Assembly (NCBI GenBank): GCA_034439575.1
Contig: JAWXAQ010000002.1
Location: 32,001-96,000 of the forward strand
Direction: 5' to 3'
Source: Leptospira sp.
Lineage (GTDB): Bacteria > Spirochaetota > Leptospiria > Leptospirales > Leptospiraceae
Length of the DNA stretch: 64,000 bases
Within the stretch, counting starts at the first letter, position 1. Each line of letters begins with the position of its first letter. Both the position numbers and the translations under genes were made by a program. Shown here in pieces: positions 29,665 to 40,333 of this stretch. The notes beneath the pieces were generated by a model that saw only the letters and a list, made by a program, of their open reading frames with translations, made no database searches and was not told the DNA's origin.

Positions 29665-30687
29665 ATGAATAAAATTTTTAAATTCACAATATTATTTGCA
29701 TTGTGTATCGCCTTACTGGCATCAAGTTGTAAAGAAGAAAAAAAAGATGATAATAGCTTAGCTCTATTACTCTTACTTAGTTCAAGTGCGAATACAAATT
29801 CGGCTACATCTCTAACGCAAACTGCCTCTGTAAGGGCTGTTTCAAGCGGAGTTTCTAGTTCCATCAGTTCTGGTATCCAATCAGGTGTTTCCTTTCATTT
29901 ACCATCCACCAAAATGAAATTGTCAAAAAATGAATTGATGGCATACATTCATAAAAATGCAGTTCGGGCTTCCCTAAAAAATCAAGTACAATCTTATGCG
30001 ACCGCATTACAAAAAGAAGAAGGAACTTGCACTACATCTTCTTGCACTGCGACACTTTCTGGAACTGTTGATTGTACTCTTAGTGGTGTTAAATCAGGAA
30101 CGGCTAAGCTCGACAAAGTTAAAGTTGAATATACAAATGGAACTAACGGTCTCGGTTACAAAATGAAAATCGATGGTAAGGTAACACTTGATAAATGTGG
30201 AGCGAGATCAAACAATTGGTTGGATTTCCCTAGTCAAGCAACGGCTGTAACGACAGGCGATGTAACCTTTGTAGGAACAAATAACATTGACGTTCTAAGT
30301 TATACAACTTCTGGATCGGGATCATCTGCGACTACGACTTTTAACTTAAAATATTCAGAAAACAATACTATTAATTCATCTGCATTGACAATTAATTCCG
30401 ATGCGGCTGTGGCGATCAAAGATTTAAAATCAGTAGTTGACCTTGCAGTGGTTAGTATTTCTTCGAATGTTACTTCATCTTTCACTGCCACCACATTAAA
30501 GTTTACTTCTGATTATAAAGACACTTTAACAGGAACAGTGAATGTAACCGGAACCGTTGGATCAGGATCAGTGAATCAAACCAAAGTTTATTCGGGCGAT
30601 GTGTTTAACTATAACGTAGCATGTGATTTAACTTATAATTCCACTAATGGAACCATTACAGGTGATTGTAAAACTACCAAAAAGTAG
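29665..30687 (+). CDS. Ser/Thr-rich surface lipoprotein
   Basis: RBS AAGGAG; lipobox ASS-C followed by KEEKKDDNSLALLLLL, typical of Leptospira. Confidence 0.85.
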   Translation: MNKIFKFTILFALCIALLASSCKEEKKDDNSLALLLLLSSSANTNSATSLTQTASVRAVSSGVSSSISSGIQSGVSFHLPSTKMKLSKNELMAYIHKNAVRASLKNQVQSYATALQKEEGTCTTSSCTATLSGTVDCTLSGVKSGTAKLDKVKVEYTNGTNGLGYKMKIDGKVTLDKCGARSNNWLDFPSQATAVTTGDVTFVGTNNIDVLSYTTSGSGSSATTTFNLKYSENNTINSSALTINSDAAVAIKDLKSVVDLAVVSISSNVTSSFTATTLKFTSDYKDTLTGTVNVTGTVGSGSVNQTKVYSGDVFNYNVACDLTYNSTNGTITGDCKTTKK

Positions 30688-30697
30688 TTAATTTGTA

Positions 30698-30727
30698 TAG
30701 TCGCTAAGCAAAATTGTTTAGCGACTA
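30698..30727. terminator. Hairpin between convergent genes
   Basis: TAGTCGCTAAGCAA-aa-TTGTTTAGCGACTA. Confidence 0.75.
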
Positions 30728-30738
30728 ATGATTATAAT

Positions 30739-31170
30739 TTATCTAACGACTGTCACACTGCAATTTGCATGATGAACGACACGGTCAGATACGCTTCCTA
30801 CCATAAACCTTCCAAAAGCACCAAGTCCACGGCTACCCACAACAATCATATCTACCTTTTCAGTATCTGCCATTTTACAGATTTCTTCGGCGGGATATCC
30901 TTCTACGATTTTGCGCGTCCATTTGACGGATGTTTGGTCAAGAATGGGATGCACTTTTTCAAATCTTTGTTCTGAAATCCATTTCACTCGATCTTTACCA
31001 GGGGGAGCCGCATCATAATAACCTGGGAGTGGACCAAAATCTTCGATCACTTCAAGAACAATACATTCAGCTTTACTTGCTGTGGCTATAGCCAAGGCCA
31101 TTTCTAAGGCACGCTTTGAACCTTCAGAACCATCAACGGGAACCAGGACTTTACGAATTAATTTTTCCAT
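30739..31170 (-). CDS. Universal stress protein
   Basis: [28 protein letters not shown]. Confidence 0.92.
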   Translation of the reverse strand: MEKLIRKVLVPVDGSEGSKRALEMALAIATASKAECIVLEVIEDFGPLPGYYDAAPPGKDRVKWISEQRFEKVHPILDQTSVKWTRKIVEGYPAEEICKMADTEKVDMIVVGSRGLGAFGRFMVGSVSDRVVHHANCSVTVVR

Positions 31171-31201
31171 ACTACTTCCTTTGAAATTTATTTATAAAAG
31201 T

Positions 31202-32140
31202 TCAATAGCTTTTGCATTTTCTTGCAAATGTTTGAAATCTTTCTGGCATCTCAATCGAGATATCAATCGTTTTATCTGCAATAAAGGGATGTGGAAAACT
31301 CATTTCTTTAGCAAGTAACAACATTCCATATTGCGCATATTCTTTTGCTGACCTTGAATACAAGCTATCTCCCACCACAGGACATCCAATTTTTTGTAAG
31401 TGAACTCGTATTTGGTGAGTTCGACCTGTCTCTATTTGGACGGAAAGAAATGAAAATTTCCTACCAGTTTGTGTCTGGACAATTTGTTCGGTTTTGTAAT
31501 GTGTGATTGCATCTCGTCCATCTTCTCTCACACACATTTTGATGCGCTCTACAGGATGGCGACCAATGGGCATACGTATTGTGCCAAGAGCTTCAACCGG
31601 AGATTGTAATACCCAAGCATTGTACAACTTTTTCACTTTTCTTTCTTGGAACATTTTTGCGAGCATTGCGTGAGCACGGTCTGATTTCGCCACAAGGAGA
31701 ACACCTTCTGTCGGTTTGTCCAATCGGTGAACGATCCCTGGTCTTCGTTCCCCACCCACACTTGATAATTGTTTGAATTGATAGAGGAGACCATTGACGA
31801 GGGAAGGTTGGTCATCCCCAGGTCCACTATGGCAAGCGATCCCAGGTTTTTTATGGATTACCATAAATTCGTCTTCTTCATAGAGAATGGGAATGTCCAT
31901 CGGAATGGGTTCCAAGCGCGAAGCAGGTCTCGGCGGGATTTGAATGGAAAATTCTTCTCCTGGTGACACGCGATATCCATTCTTTTTGATGATTTCTGAA
32001 GCCCCCAAAAGCGTCACGTAACCAGAATCGATCCACTTTTGTACAGTTGACCTTGATAGATCGTCTCCCGCATTTTCCTTCAAAAAGACGTCGAGGCGAG
32101 AATCTTGGTAATCATCAGAAACGGTAATATTTATTTGCAT
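31202..32140 (-). CDS. RluA/RluD-family pseudouridine synthase with S4 domain
   Basis: RLDVFL, HKKPG, RPGIVHRLDKPTEG, ETGRTHQIRVH. Confidence 0.92.
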   Translation of the reverse strand: MQINITVSDDYQDSRLDVFLKENAGDDLSRSTVQKWIDSGYVTLLGASEIIKKNGYRVSPGEEFSIQIPPRPASRLEPIPMDIPILYEEDEFMVIHKKPGIACHSGPGDDQPSLVNGLLYQFKQLSSVGGERRPGIVHRLDKPTEGVLLVAKSDRAHAMLAKMFQERKVKKLYNAWVLQSPVEALGTIRMPIGRHPVERIKMCVREDGRDAITHYKTEQIVQTQTGRKFSFLSVQIETGRTHQIRVHLQKIGCPVVGDSLYSRSAKEYAQYGMLLLAKEMSFPHPFIADKTIDISIEMPERFQTFARKCKSY

Positions 32141-32199
32141 TTTCGGTTGTTATCTAGTGAAAAGAACTAAACTATGGATACTATAAGGTAGGTCAACTG

Positions 32200-32769
32200 A
32201 TGAAAAAGGCAATTCTTTCTAAACTTGCAATCATCGCTGGTATTTCTCTCATAATCGTAAATTGTTCTTCAGCAGAAACAAAAACGGCAGAGCCAGCAAA
32301 AGATACTACATCCACTACTAGTACTGATACCGTGGCTTCACGTGATATGAGCTTGGTTATGTTGGATGAAGTAAACACAGCTCTAAAGGATTATAGATAT
32401 CCAGACGGAACTCGTAAAAGAGGATTCGCTTACAAACAAGCGGACATTCAAAAAGAAGATTTTAATACTTGGGCAAAAGATAACGTTGCTTATATTAAAG
32501 AAGCACTCAACAAACTTCCACCAGAATACGCATTGCAAATCATTGGACACGCGGATGCATCTGGACCAGAAGAGGCAGAAGGTTCTAAAAAAGGAAACGC
32601 ATTTTACTCTCAACTTCGTTCAGACGCTGTCAAAGAAGCTTTAGTAAAACAAGGTGTTCCTGGTGATCGCATTGTAACTAAAGGCGCTGGTTCTTCGGCT
32701 CCTATTTCTGGATTTTCAGAAACAGATGCGATCAACAGAAGAGTGACTTTTCAAGTTGTAGCTAAATAA
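32200..32769 (+). CDS. loa22: OmpA-family lipoprotein Loa22
   Basis: C-SSAE, LKDYRYPDG...GF.YK.AD, GHADASGPE.AEG.KKGN.FYS.LR, NRRVTF match recalled Loa22. Confidence 0.92.
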   Translation: MKKAILSKLAIIAGISLIIVNCSSAETKTAEPAKDTTSTTSTDTVASRDMSLVMLDEVNTALKDYRYPDGTRKRGFAYKQADIQKEDFNTWAKDNVAYIKEALNKLPPEYALQIIGHADASGPEEAEGSKKGNAFYSQLRSDAVKEALVKQGVPGDRIVTKGAGSSAPISGFSETDAINRRVTFQVVAK

Positions 32770-32796
32770 ATTATTTTTAATTGCACTTGTTTAATG

Positions 32797-32829
32797 AAGG
32801 CTCACCATTTTATGGTGGGCTTTTTTTTT
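32797..32829 (+). terminator. loa22 intrinsic terminator
   Basis: GGCTCACCAT-ttt-ATGGTGGGC followed by T9. Confidence 0.9.
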
Positions 32830-32858
32830 GTTAATAACATTTCTAATTAGGAGTTTTC

Positions 32859-33425
32859 ATGTTTTCCAAAACCAAAATCATTCTCTCTATCGTTTTCTTT
32901 TTAAACCTAACAGGATTTATTTCTATATATGCAAATAAAAATTGTGATGTATTAGCTTATGCGTCTGATACAGATCCCAATGGTGTGAATTTGCGAGAAT
33001 CAGCAAAAGGGAAAGTTCTGACAAGCATCCCAGATGGAAGTCATATCAGTATAACAGCGGCTAAAGATGGATGGTTCCAAATAAAAAGTTTTGAATATAT
33101 GGTTGAAACAGATGCTGAAAAAAAAATGGCAAAGTCAAAAAAGCATAAACTAGATGCGGAAGAATCAAATGTTAATGTAGAAAATTACAAGGCTTGGATT
33201 CATGGAAGCCGTGTTAGTATTCATTTTTCAGGTTGGTGGCCAGAAGTCACTATGCACACAGCGCCCAATGAAAAATCAAAAGTCTTATTCAAATTTACAA
33301 ACGAACAATACTCAAAACCAACACAAATAATCAGTTGTGAAGGAAAATGGTTTCAAGTGAAGGTGAATGGAAAAGTTGGTTGGGTAGATAAATTCTGTTA
33401 CTCAAGCAGAACAAATTGTTCTTAA
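32859..33425 (+). CDS. Secreted protein with two bacterial SH3 domains
   Basis: Signal peptide; VNLRES, DGWFQI, AWIHG, GKWFQVKVNGKVGWV. Confidence 0.8.
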   Translation: MFSKTKIILSIVFFLNLTGFISIYANKNCDVLAYASDTDPNGVNLRESAKGKVLTSIPDGSHISITAAKDGWFQIKSFEYMVETDAEKKMAKSKKHKLDAEESNVNVENYKAWIHGSRVSIHFSGWWPEVTMHTAPNEKSKVLFKFTNEQYSKPTQIISCEGKWFQVKVNGKVGWVDKFCYSSRTNCS

Positions 33426-33465
33426 AATGGATTAAAAAATTCTGAAATATAATTCCTAATTATTC

Positions 33466-34212
33466 ATGAAATCTTTATTTATATTTCTCTTACAACCGAT
33501 GTTCCTCATTTTTCTGTTTATAAATTGTTCTAGTGGAAAATTCGTTACTGCCGCTTCCAAAGGACAATTGGAAACAATGAAAACATTGTTAGCTGACAAT
33601 CCTAATATCGACCATCAAATTTCTCTTGGACAAACTGCATTAATTTTAGCTTCAAAAAATGGATATAAAAATGTCGTTCAGTTTTTGATCTCACATAATG
33701 CAAATTTGAATATTCAAGATAAGAACGGTAATACGGCATTACATTATGCTTGTATAGAGGAATTCCCAGAAATTGTAGAGTTACTTATTAATAACAATGC
33801 TTTATTAGATATTAAAAATAAAGAAGGCGAGACTCCAATATATTTAGCAAGTTATTCTGGAAATTTAAAAATCTTGGACTCATTACTTTCTAAAAAAGCA
33901 AATCCAAACATAAGCAATTTAAATCAAAACAGTCCTCTGATGATTGCAATTGATAGGGGATTTATTAATATAGTAAATCAACTAATCATTGCTAATGCTG
34001 ATAAAAATGCTTTCAATAATGAAGACCTCTCACCATTGTTTCTAGCCATAAAATCGGCAAGAATTGATATTTTTCAAACTTTATTGAATTCGGGGGCAGA
34101 TCCAACAATAAAAAACAAACTAAATTATGATGTCATACTTTTCGCTAGTTATTATGGCGAAAGAGAAATGATGGTTTATTTACTCGATCATCTTAGGAAA
34201 CAAAAAAAATGA
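33466..34212 (+). CDS. Ankyrin-repeat lipoprotein
   Basis: FIN-C lipobox; GQTALILA, GNTALHYA, GETPIYLA repeats. Confidence 0.9.
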   Translation: MKSLFIFLLQPMFLIFLFINCSSGKFVTAASKGQLETMKTLLADNPNIDHQISLGQTALILASKNGYKNVVQFLISHNANLNIQDKNGNTALHYACIEEFPEIVELLINNNALLDIKNKEGETPIYLASYSGNLKILDSLLSKKANPNISNLNQNSPLMIAIDRGFINIVNQLIIANADKNAFNNEDLSPLFLAIKSARIDIFQTLLNSGADPTIKNKLNYDVILFASYYGEREMMVYLLDHLRKQKK

Positions 34213-35399
34213 TTCATAGAAATCTTCCTTTGGTAAGACTCATAAAATTAGTCATTAGTTTTATCATTATATTCTTGTTAAATGATTGTGCTCAATATGT
34301 TGTTCGCGGAGCTATACCCTTAGGTAATGAGAATTTATTAAGAAAATATTTATATCGAGATATAGATATCAATCATCAAGATCCACTCGGAGATACAATA
34401 CTAATGATGGCTACTTCTGCGGGAAGAATCGAAATGGTAACAGAAATTCTAAAACACAATCCTGATTTAGAAAAAATTAACAACTTAGGAGAAACTGCAC
34501 TATATATAGCTGCTTGCCAAGGCCGTGATGAAATAATCAAAAAATTATTGGAAGCTAAGGCAAATGTAGATGCAAAAAATTATGAGTCAATGACTCCCCT
34601 TTATTGTGCCTCACGAAGAAATCACCTTACAACGGTAAAACTTTTGATCGAAAACAAGGCGGATATAAATTCGAGAGATAAATTTGGGATTACTCCTTTA
34701 ATGATAGCAGCTAACAATGGTAGCTTTTGGGCGCTTAGGGAATTAATTTCATATGGCGCCGATAAAAATTTAAAAAGTAATTTAGAATGGACTGCCCTTA
34801 CACTCGCCATTGATAGAGAAAAAGAAGAAATAATCACAGAATTAATAAATGAAAAAGCGGATCTGGAAATACGTGATAAGTATGAAAGAACACCTTTGAT
34901 TGATGCAGCCAAAAAAGGGAATCTAAATATTCTTAAATTACTCATTAAAGGTAAGGCAAATTTAAATGTAGTTACATCTACAAAGCAAACTCCTTTATTT
35001 TATGCAATATGGAAAAATAAATTAAATGCAGTCGAATATTTAGTTTCGATTGGTAGTCAGTTGGAGCATAAAGATATTTATGGTCGAACTCCACTCATGT
35101 TTGCTTGTGAAAGAAATCATCCAGAAATTGTAGAATTTCTGATTAAACAAAAAGTTAACTTAAATACAACCGATCGTTTCAATCGTACACCATTAATAGC
35201 TGCGGTAATCGCACAGAGCCCAAAAATTGTAGAGATGTTGCTTTCTTATAAAGTGAATGCAAATGTTGTTACAAATTATAAAATGACTGCTCTTTCCTAT
35301 GCTAGAAATATTAAAAATAATAAAATTATTTCATTGCTGGAAAATGTTAGTGCTAAGGAAATTAAAGAAAGTGAATCATTGATCAGAATCCATGATTAA
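34209..35399 (+). CDS. Ankyrin-repeat protein, about 10 repeats, probable lipoprotein
   Basis: LND-C; repeated G.TPL..A motifs; ATGA overlap with previous gene. Confidence 0.9.
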   Translation: MIHRNLPLVRLIKLVISFIIIFLLNDCAQYVVRGAIPLGNENLLRKYLYRDIDINHQDPLGDTILMMATSAGRIEMVTEILKHNPDLEKINNLGETALYIAACQGRDEIIKKLLEAKANVDAKNYESMTPLYCASRRNHLTTVKLLIENKADINSRDKFGITPLMIAANNGSFWALRELISYGADKNLKSNLEWTALTLAIDREKEEIITELINEKADLEIRDKYERTPLIDAAKKGNLNILKLLIKGKANLNVVTSTKQTPLFYAIWKNKLNAVEYLVSIGSQLEHKDIYGRTPLMFACERNHPEIVEFLIKQKVNLNTTDRFNRTPLIAAVIAQSPKIVEMLLSYKVNANVVTNYKMTALSYARNIKNNKIISLLENVSAKEIKESESLIRIHD

Positions 35400-35444
35400 T
35401 GACTATTTAAATGCAAAGATCCCTTTGGGAAGGTTAAATTTGAA

Positions 35445-36272
35445 ATGAAAATACAAATTCTTATTATACTATCTTTGATCGTAAATTGTGCGTCGTCATC
35501 TTCTGTTAAACTACCGATAGAAGCGAAGGTTGTAGGACAGGGTGGATTATTTCTTCGCGAAGATTGTTCTCAAAAATTTCCGAAAATCACTTTGATTCCA
35601 CAATTTGATAAGGTAACTCTAATTAGCGAAGGTCCGTATGACTTGATTAGTGGCATTTCTGATCGTTGGTATAAGGCACGATATAATAATAAAGAAGGTT
35701 GTTTGTATGGTGGATATCTAAATAAGAATTATCAGAATGTTCCCGCATCTGCTATGTTAAAACTTGACCAAGTAATACAATCTTATAAAGAAAAAAATCA
35801 CAATAAAGCTTTAACTTTTGCAAATGAAGCCATAGAAATTTCACCAGAATATGGCGAAGCATTTCATTGGAGAGGACGTATCCATTACAAATTAGGCCAT
35901 TATGAACAGTGTATTACTGATTATTCAAGCGCCTTACGATCTGTAACAAATAGTATTATGTATAATAATAGAGGAATTTGCAAATCTGCTATTAAAGATT
36001 TCATTGGAGCAAAAAAAGATTTAGAAACAGCATTAAAGTTAGGTGGCGATTCTGATGCAACAACTCTTTCAAACACATGCTATGTGATGGGTATATTGTC
36101 GGAAAATAAAGCTATTGATTTTTGCAATAGAGCCATAGAAACATCGCCAAATAACCCTTATCCCTATTATGAAAGATCTCAAATTAGAAGAAAAATGGGC
36201 TTAACTCAAGCCGCTGACGAAGATTTGGAAACTTATACAAAATTAAAGAAAACGGGCGAATGGGATTATTAA
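35445..36272 (+). CDS. SH3 + TPR lipoprotein
   Basis: IVN-C; GGLFLRE...WYKARY..KEG.LYGGYL SH3; YNNRG-type TPR repeats. Confidence 0.85.
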   Translation: MKIQILIILSLIVNCASSSSVKLPIEAKVVGQGGLFLREDCSQKFPKITLIPQFDKVTLISEGPYDLISGISDRWYKARYNNKEGCLYGGYLNKNYQNVPASAMLKLDQVIQSYKEKNHNKALTFANEAIEISPEYGEAFHWRGRIHYKLGHYEQCITDYSSALRSVTNSIMYNNRGICKSAIKDFIGAKKDLETALKLGGDSDATTLSNTCYVMGILSENKAIDFCNRAIETSPNNPYPYYERSQIRRKMGLTQAADEDLETYTKLKKTGEWDY

Positions 36273-36354
36273 AATTTATATCAAATTCTGAAATTTGTAT
36301 TATATTTACTTACATTCATTTTTTGATCGCTAAAATTAATTATTTTTTCAATTA

Positions 36355-37734
36355 TCAAACCATCTCTTCCGGCTTTACCCAAGTATCAAATTGTTCAGCT
36401 GTTAAGAAACCTAGTTTGATACCTGCTTCTTTTAAGGTGGTACGCTCCTTATGTGCCGCCTTGGCTATCTTTGCCGCCTTATCATAACCGATATTGGGAT
36501 TCAGAGCTGTCACTAACATCAGGGAATTGTTTAAATTCGAATTGATTTTTTCTAAATTTGGTTCAATTCCTCGGACACAATATTTTTCAAAAGATAACAT
36601 CGAATCGGCGAGAAGCCGAATAGAATTTAAGACGTTGAAAACCATCATAGGTTTATAGACATTGAGTTCAAAATTCCCTGATGCTCCGCCAATATTGACT
36701 GCCACATCATTTCCTATTACTTGGGCGGCAACCATTGTCATCGCTTCTGATTGTGTAGGGTTCACCTTACCTGGCATAATAGATGAGCCTGGTTCATTTT
36801 CAGGAATAAAAATTTCACCGATACCACAACGAGGGCCTGAGGCGAGCCATCTAACATCATTTGCAATTTTCATAATTGAAGTGGCTATTGTTTTTAATAC
36901 ACCACTGACTTCTACAAGAGAGTCATGTGCAGCCAATGCTTCAAATTTATTTTCGGCTGTGATAAATGGAAGTCCTGTTTCTTTCGCAATATTTGCAGCA
37001 CTTTTTTGAGAAAAATCTGGATGCGTATTCAGGCCAGTCCCAACTGCCGTTCCACCTAGCGCCAAACGATACAATGAAGGTAATGAATTTTCGATTCGTT
37101 TGATTCCATAAGTTAACTGCTGTGTGTATCCGGAAAATTCCTGACCAAGTGTGAGGGGTGTCGCATCTTGTAAATGAGTTCTGCCAATTTTAACGATACC
37201 TTTAAAGTCCTCAGATTTTTTTGCGAAGGTATCACGCAGAATTTTTATAGCTGGCAATAATTTATTTACTAATTGTTCCGCACAAGCAATGTGCATGGCA
37301 GTAGGGAAGGCGTCATTTGAACTTTGGCCATGATTTACATCGTCATTGGGATGGATGGGATTTTTTGAACCCATCACACCACCTGCCAATTCTATGGCGC
37401 GGTTGGAAATCACTTCATTGGCATTCATATTTGTTTGTGTTCCAGAACCCGTTTGCCAAATAACGAGTGGAAAATGATCATCCAATTGCCCTGAGATCAC
37501 TTCTTCTGTTGCGAGTAAAATTAGTTTTTTTTTCTCTTCGCTCAGAACACCTAACTCAAAATTAACAATTGCGGCACATTTTTTTAAAATCCCTAAAGCT
37601 CGGATCATTTCTCTCGGAAATCGTTCGCCACCTATTTTGAAATGATGTAACGAACGTTCTGTTTGCGCACCCCAATAACGGCTTGATTCCACTTCGATCT
37701 CACCCATTGAATCTGATTCTTTTCTCGTATTCAT
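36355..37734 (-). CDS. fumC: Class II fumarate hydratase
   Basis: [33 protein letters not shown]. Confidence 0.97.
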   Translation of the reverse strand: MNTRKESDSMGEIEVESSRYWGAQTERSLHHFKIGGERFPREMIRALGILKKCAAIVNFELGVLSEEKKKLILLATEEVISGQLDDHFPLVIWQTGSGTQTNMNANEVISNRAIELAGGVMGSKNPIHPNDDVNHGQSSNDAFPTAMHIACAEQLVNKLLPAIKILRDTFAKKSEDFKGIVKIGRTHLQDATPLTLGQEFSGYTQQLTYGIKRIENSLPSLYRLALGGTAVGTGLNTHPDFSQKSAANIAKETGLPFITAENKFEALAAHDSLVEVSGVLKTIATSIMKIANDVRWLASGPRCGIGEIFIPENEPGSSIMPGKVNPTQSEAMTMVAAQVIGNDVAVNIGGASGNFELNVYKPMMVFNVLNSIRLLADSMLSFEKYCVRGIEPNLEKINSNLNNSLMLVTALNPNIGYDKAAKIAKAAHKERTTLKEAGIKLGFLTAEQFDTWVKPEEMV

Positions 37735-37804
37735 AAAAAATTTCCTTAATTGAAAACCAATTTCTACATTAATTTTTCAATGCCCATTTGCAAGTTTAAA
37801 GATA

Positions 37805-37883
37805 GGGCGCCTCGCTATGCTACCGGGCTATCCGCTCCAATCTTTCTCTAACGAGAAAGGATTTCCGCTTCTATCCCTGGCGC
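37805..37883 (+). ncRNA. Structured repeat element copy 1, resembling Flavo-1 RNA motif
   Basis: GGGCGCCTCGC..CGGGCTATCCGCTCCAATC..GGATTTCCGCTTCTATCCCTGGCGC; second copy at 44745. Confidence 0.7.
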
Positions 37884-38092
37884 ATATTTTCAAATTGTAT
37901 TTATTACTAAAACCAAATCATTCAGTATCTATTCGAATTTATATGAAAGAAAAAATTGAACAAAATGTAAATGTGACTTCATTTAGTATGAAAAGATTCG
38001 AAAAGTTGTTTTAGAAATTTTTAAACATTTCACTTTTATTTTCAATTTTATTAATCGTATTATTTACTCTCAATTTGATTATCCATAGTTAA

Positions 38093-38322
38093 GTAAGTCA
38101 AGAACTAACAATTGCTATATATTTTCTTCGAAAAAATTGGGCACTCAAACTCAAGAAATGACAAAAAATTTGAGATATCTTTTGTACGGAATTCAAGAAG
38201 TCGCAGGTAGGGCAAACAACTTTACAAATTATTTAGTAGATATGCAAAGACAGGTAGAACACTTAGGACAACTGATTTCGAAATTTTGTCTGTCATTAAA
38301 TTTGCCATGGTTTTCAAAATAG
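38093..38322 (+). pseudogene. Possible remnant of a methyl-accepting chemotaxis protein C-terminal coiled coil
   Basis: TQTQEMTKNL...IQEVAGRANNF...MQRQVEHLGQLISKF resembles MCP C-termini; no credible start; upstream frame broken. Confidence 0.3.
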
Positions 38323-38527
38323 GCAGTACTTGTACTAGCGAATGATTATAAAAAAATTTTCCACTATCGAAAGTTAAAATTTATTTTTTCCTCCCGACAT
38401 AATCAATAAAACTTACAAATAAAAAATCGTCGAATTTACTGTGAAAAATCGAGTATTTGGGAAATACGAGCCAAGGCTCTCAATATCTAGTCTCAAAAAT
38501 ACGAAAATATATACAGTACCGTGTAAT

Positions 38528-40333
38528 ATGTTGAAAAATATTTATTATCTTCCTTTTTTAATTATTTTTACAACCCATTGTATGTTTATCCCTTTGGTTT
38601 CGCCTTCCTCTAGTGGAAATGGGAATGATTTACTACCGTTAGTTGGGCTTACTATGTCATCGGGATCAAATACTTTCAAAGTAGAATCGGTCGTTCCTGA
38701 AGAAGGATCTACAGATGTTAAGATCAATACTGCAGTTCAAATTGAGTTCTCTGAGGTACCTATAGATTTTTCAACTGAAGATGAATATCTATTGGTCAAA
38801 GTGGATGATATTATCATCGACGGAAGTTTTAATAAAAAAAATAGATTTATCACATTTATACCGTCTAACAATCTACTAAAGAATAGTACACATGAAATTG
38901 TCGTATCACCAGCACTTATCGATAAATCAGGAAAATCTATAGAAAACGAATTTAGATCAAAATTCATTACTCAAGACATTCCGGATATAATTGCACCTAC
39001 TATAACATCTGTTCTTCCGAATATAAATGCGACGAATGTTTCATTAAACTCACCAATCTCTATTAATTTTTCGGAATCCGTCTTATCAAGTTCCATTGAT
39101 TCAAATGCTGTCTCTGTTTCCATCAATGGTTCGGCAATTGCTGGAAGTACAACCTTATCTGGTCAATCAACAATCCTTTTCATACCGAATACGAATTGGC
39201 CATCGTATGCTTTGGTTTCTGTTACCGTTAATACGTCAGTTAAGGATTTATCTTCGAATCCACTTGCCTCAGCTTATAATTTTACATTCAGGACTGTAGA
39301 TGTTGGCACTGTATCGATTTTTGCTGGATCTGATATAGGTGTATCTGGAAATGTTAGTGGTACAGGAACCGCAGCGAGATTCCAGAATCCTAGTTATTTA
39401 ACAGCTGATAATACGGGAAATATTTATGTAACAGACACTAATAATTGTTCTGTGAAAAAAATAACGAATGCAGGTGTAGTTTCTTTTTTTGCCGGATCAA
39501 ATGCAGGATTATGTGGTTATGTGAACAATGCAAGTGGATTGCTGAGTCGGTTTAATTTTCCCCAAGGGATAGCTATCAATCCCGCGAATACTCAACTTTT
39601 TTTGACGGACAAATTCACTCATACGATTAGAAGAATTTTAACTACAACTACATTTACTGTATCTACAAATAACGGAAATAATGCGAGTGCGAATACAAAT
39701 GGATCGGGAACAACTTCTAGGTTTTCCTATCCTGAAGGTATAAGTATAGATTCAAGCGGAATTATCTATGTCTCTGATACGAACAATTGTTCCATACGAA
39801 AAATTTCTGGAACGACCGCAAGCACCTTGGCAGGTACTGCACCAGCTTCTATAGGAGTATGTGGTTATGTAAATGCAACTGGTGCGACGGCAAGATTTCA
39901 ACTCCCTAAAGGTGTCGCCGTGGATGCATCTGGAAATGTGTTTGTTGCAGATTCAGGAAATTGTGCCATTCGGAAAGTTACTGCCGCAGGTGTTACGACA
40001 ACGTTAGCTGGCCCACTAATAGCCGGAAATTGTGGATATGCAGATGGCACAGGAACGGATGCTCGATTCAATAATCCGCAAGGTATTGTGATCGATCCAA
40101 TGGGCAATTTATATGTTACAGATACTGGTAATTGTGCGATTCGTAAAATTACTTCGGCTGGTGTCGTGAGTACATTTTCAGGCTCTGCACCTCCAAATGT
40201 GATTTGTGGAAATGTAAATTCCACACTTCTTGCATCTAGATTTAATAATCCCAAAGGTATCACAAGAGATGCAAGTGGAAACTTATATATTACAGATACT
40301 CTAAATCATTCCATAAAGTTGATCGTGCCTTAA
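38528..40333 (+). CDS. Lipoprotein with two Big_5 Ig-like domains and an NHL-repeat propeller
   Basis: TTH-C lipobox; V.P..G.TDV..N..VQIEFSE; ARFNNPQGIVID..GNLYVTDTGN repeats. Confidence 0.88.
   Translation: MLKNIYYLPFLIIFTTHCMFIPLVSPSSSGNGNDLLPLVGLTMSSGSNTFKVESVVPEEGSTDVKINTAVQIEFSEVPIDFSTEDEYLLVKVDDIIIDGSFNKKNRFITFIPSNNLLKNSTHEIVVSPALIDKSGKSIENEFRSKFITQDIPDIIAPTITSVLPNINATNVSLNSPISINFSESVLSSSIDSNAVSVSINGSAIAGSTTLSGQSTILFIPNTNWPSYALVSVTVNTSVKDLSSNPLASAYNFTFRTVDVGTVSIFAGSDIGVSGNVSGTGTAARFQNPSYLTADNTGNIYVTDTNNCSVKKITNAGVVSFFAGSNAGLCGYVNNASGLLSRFNFPQGIAINPANTQLFLTDKFTHTIRRILTTTTFTVSTNNGNNASANTNGSGTTSRFSYPEGISIDSSGIIYVSDTNNCSIRKISGTTASTLAGTAPASIGVCGYVNATGATARFQLPKGVAVDASGNVFVADSGNCAIRKVTAAGVTTTLAGPLIAGNCGYADGTGTDARFNNPQGIVIDPMGNLYVTDTGNCAIRKITSAGVVSTFSGSAPPNVICGNVNSTLLASRFNNPKGITRDASGNLYITDTLNHSIKLIVP

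Noticed and set aside
34202-34212. A8 run at the ankyrin gene overlap as a programmed frameshift
   Set aside because: The second gene has its own signal peptide; an ordinary ATGA overlap explains it
37817-38014. ORF MLPGYPLQSF... and similar ORF 44705-44896
   Set aside because: The shared peptide is just translation through the two structured-element copies
38208-38240. AGGGCAAAC resembling the start of a c-di-GMP-I riboswitch
   Set aside because: No GNRA-capped P2 stem or GACGCAAA segment follows
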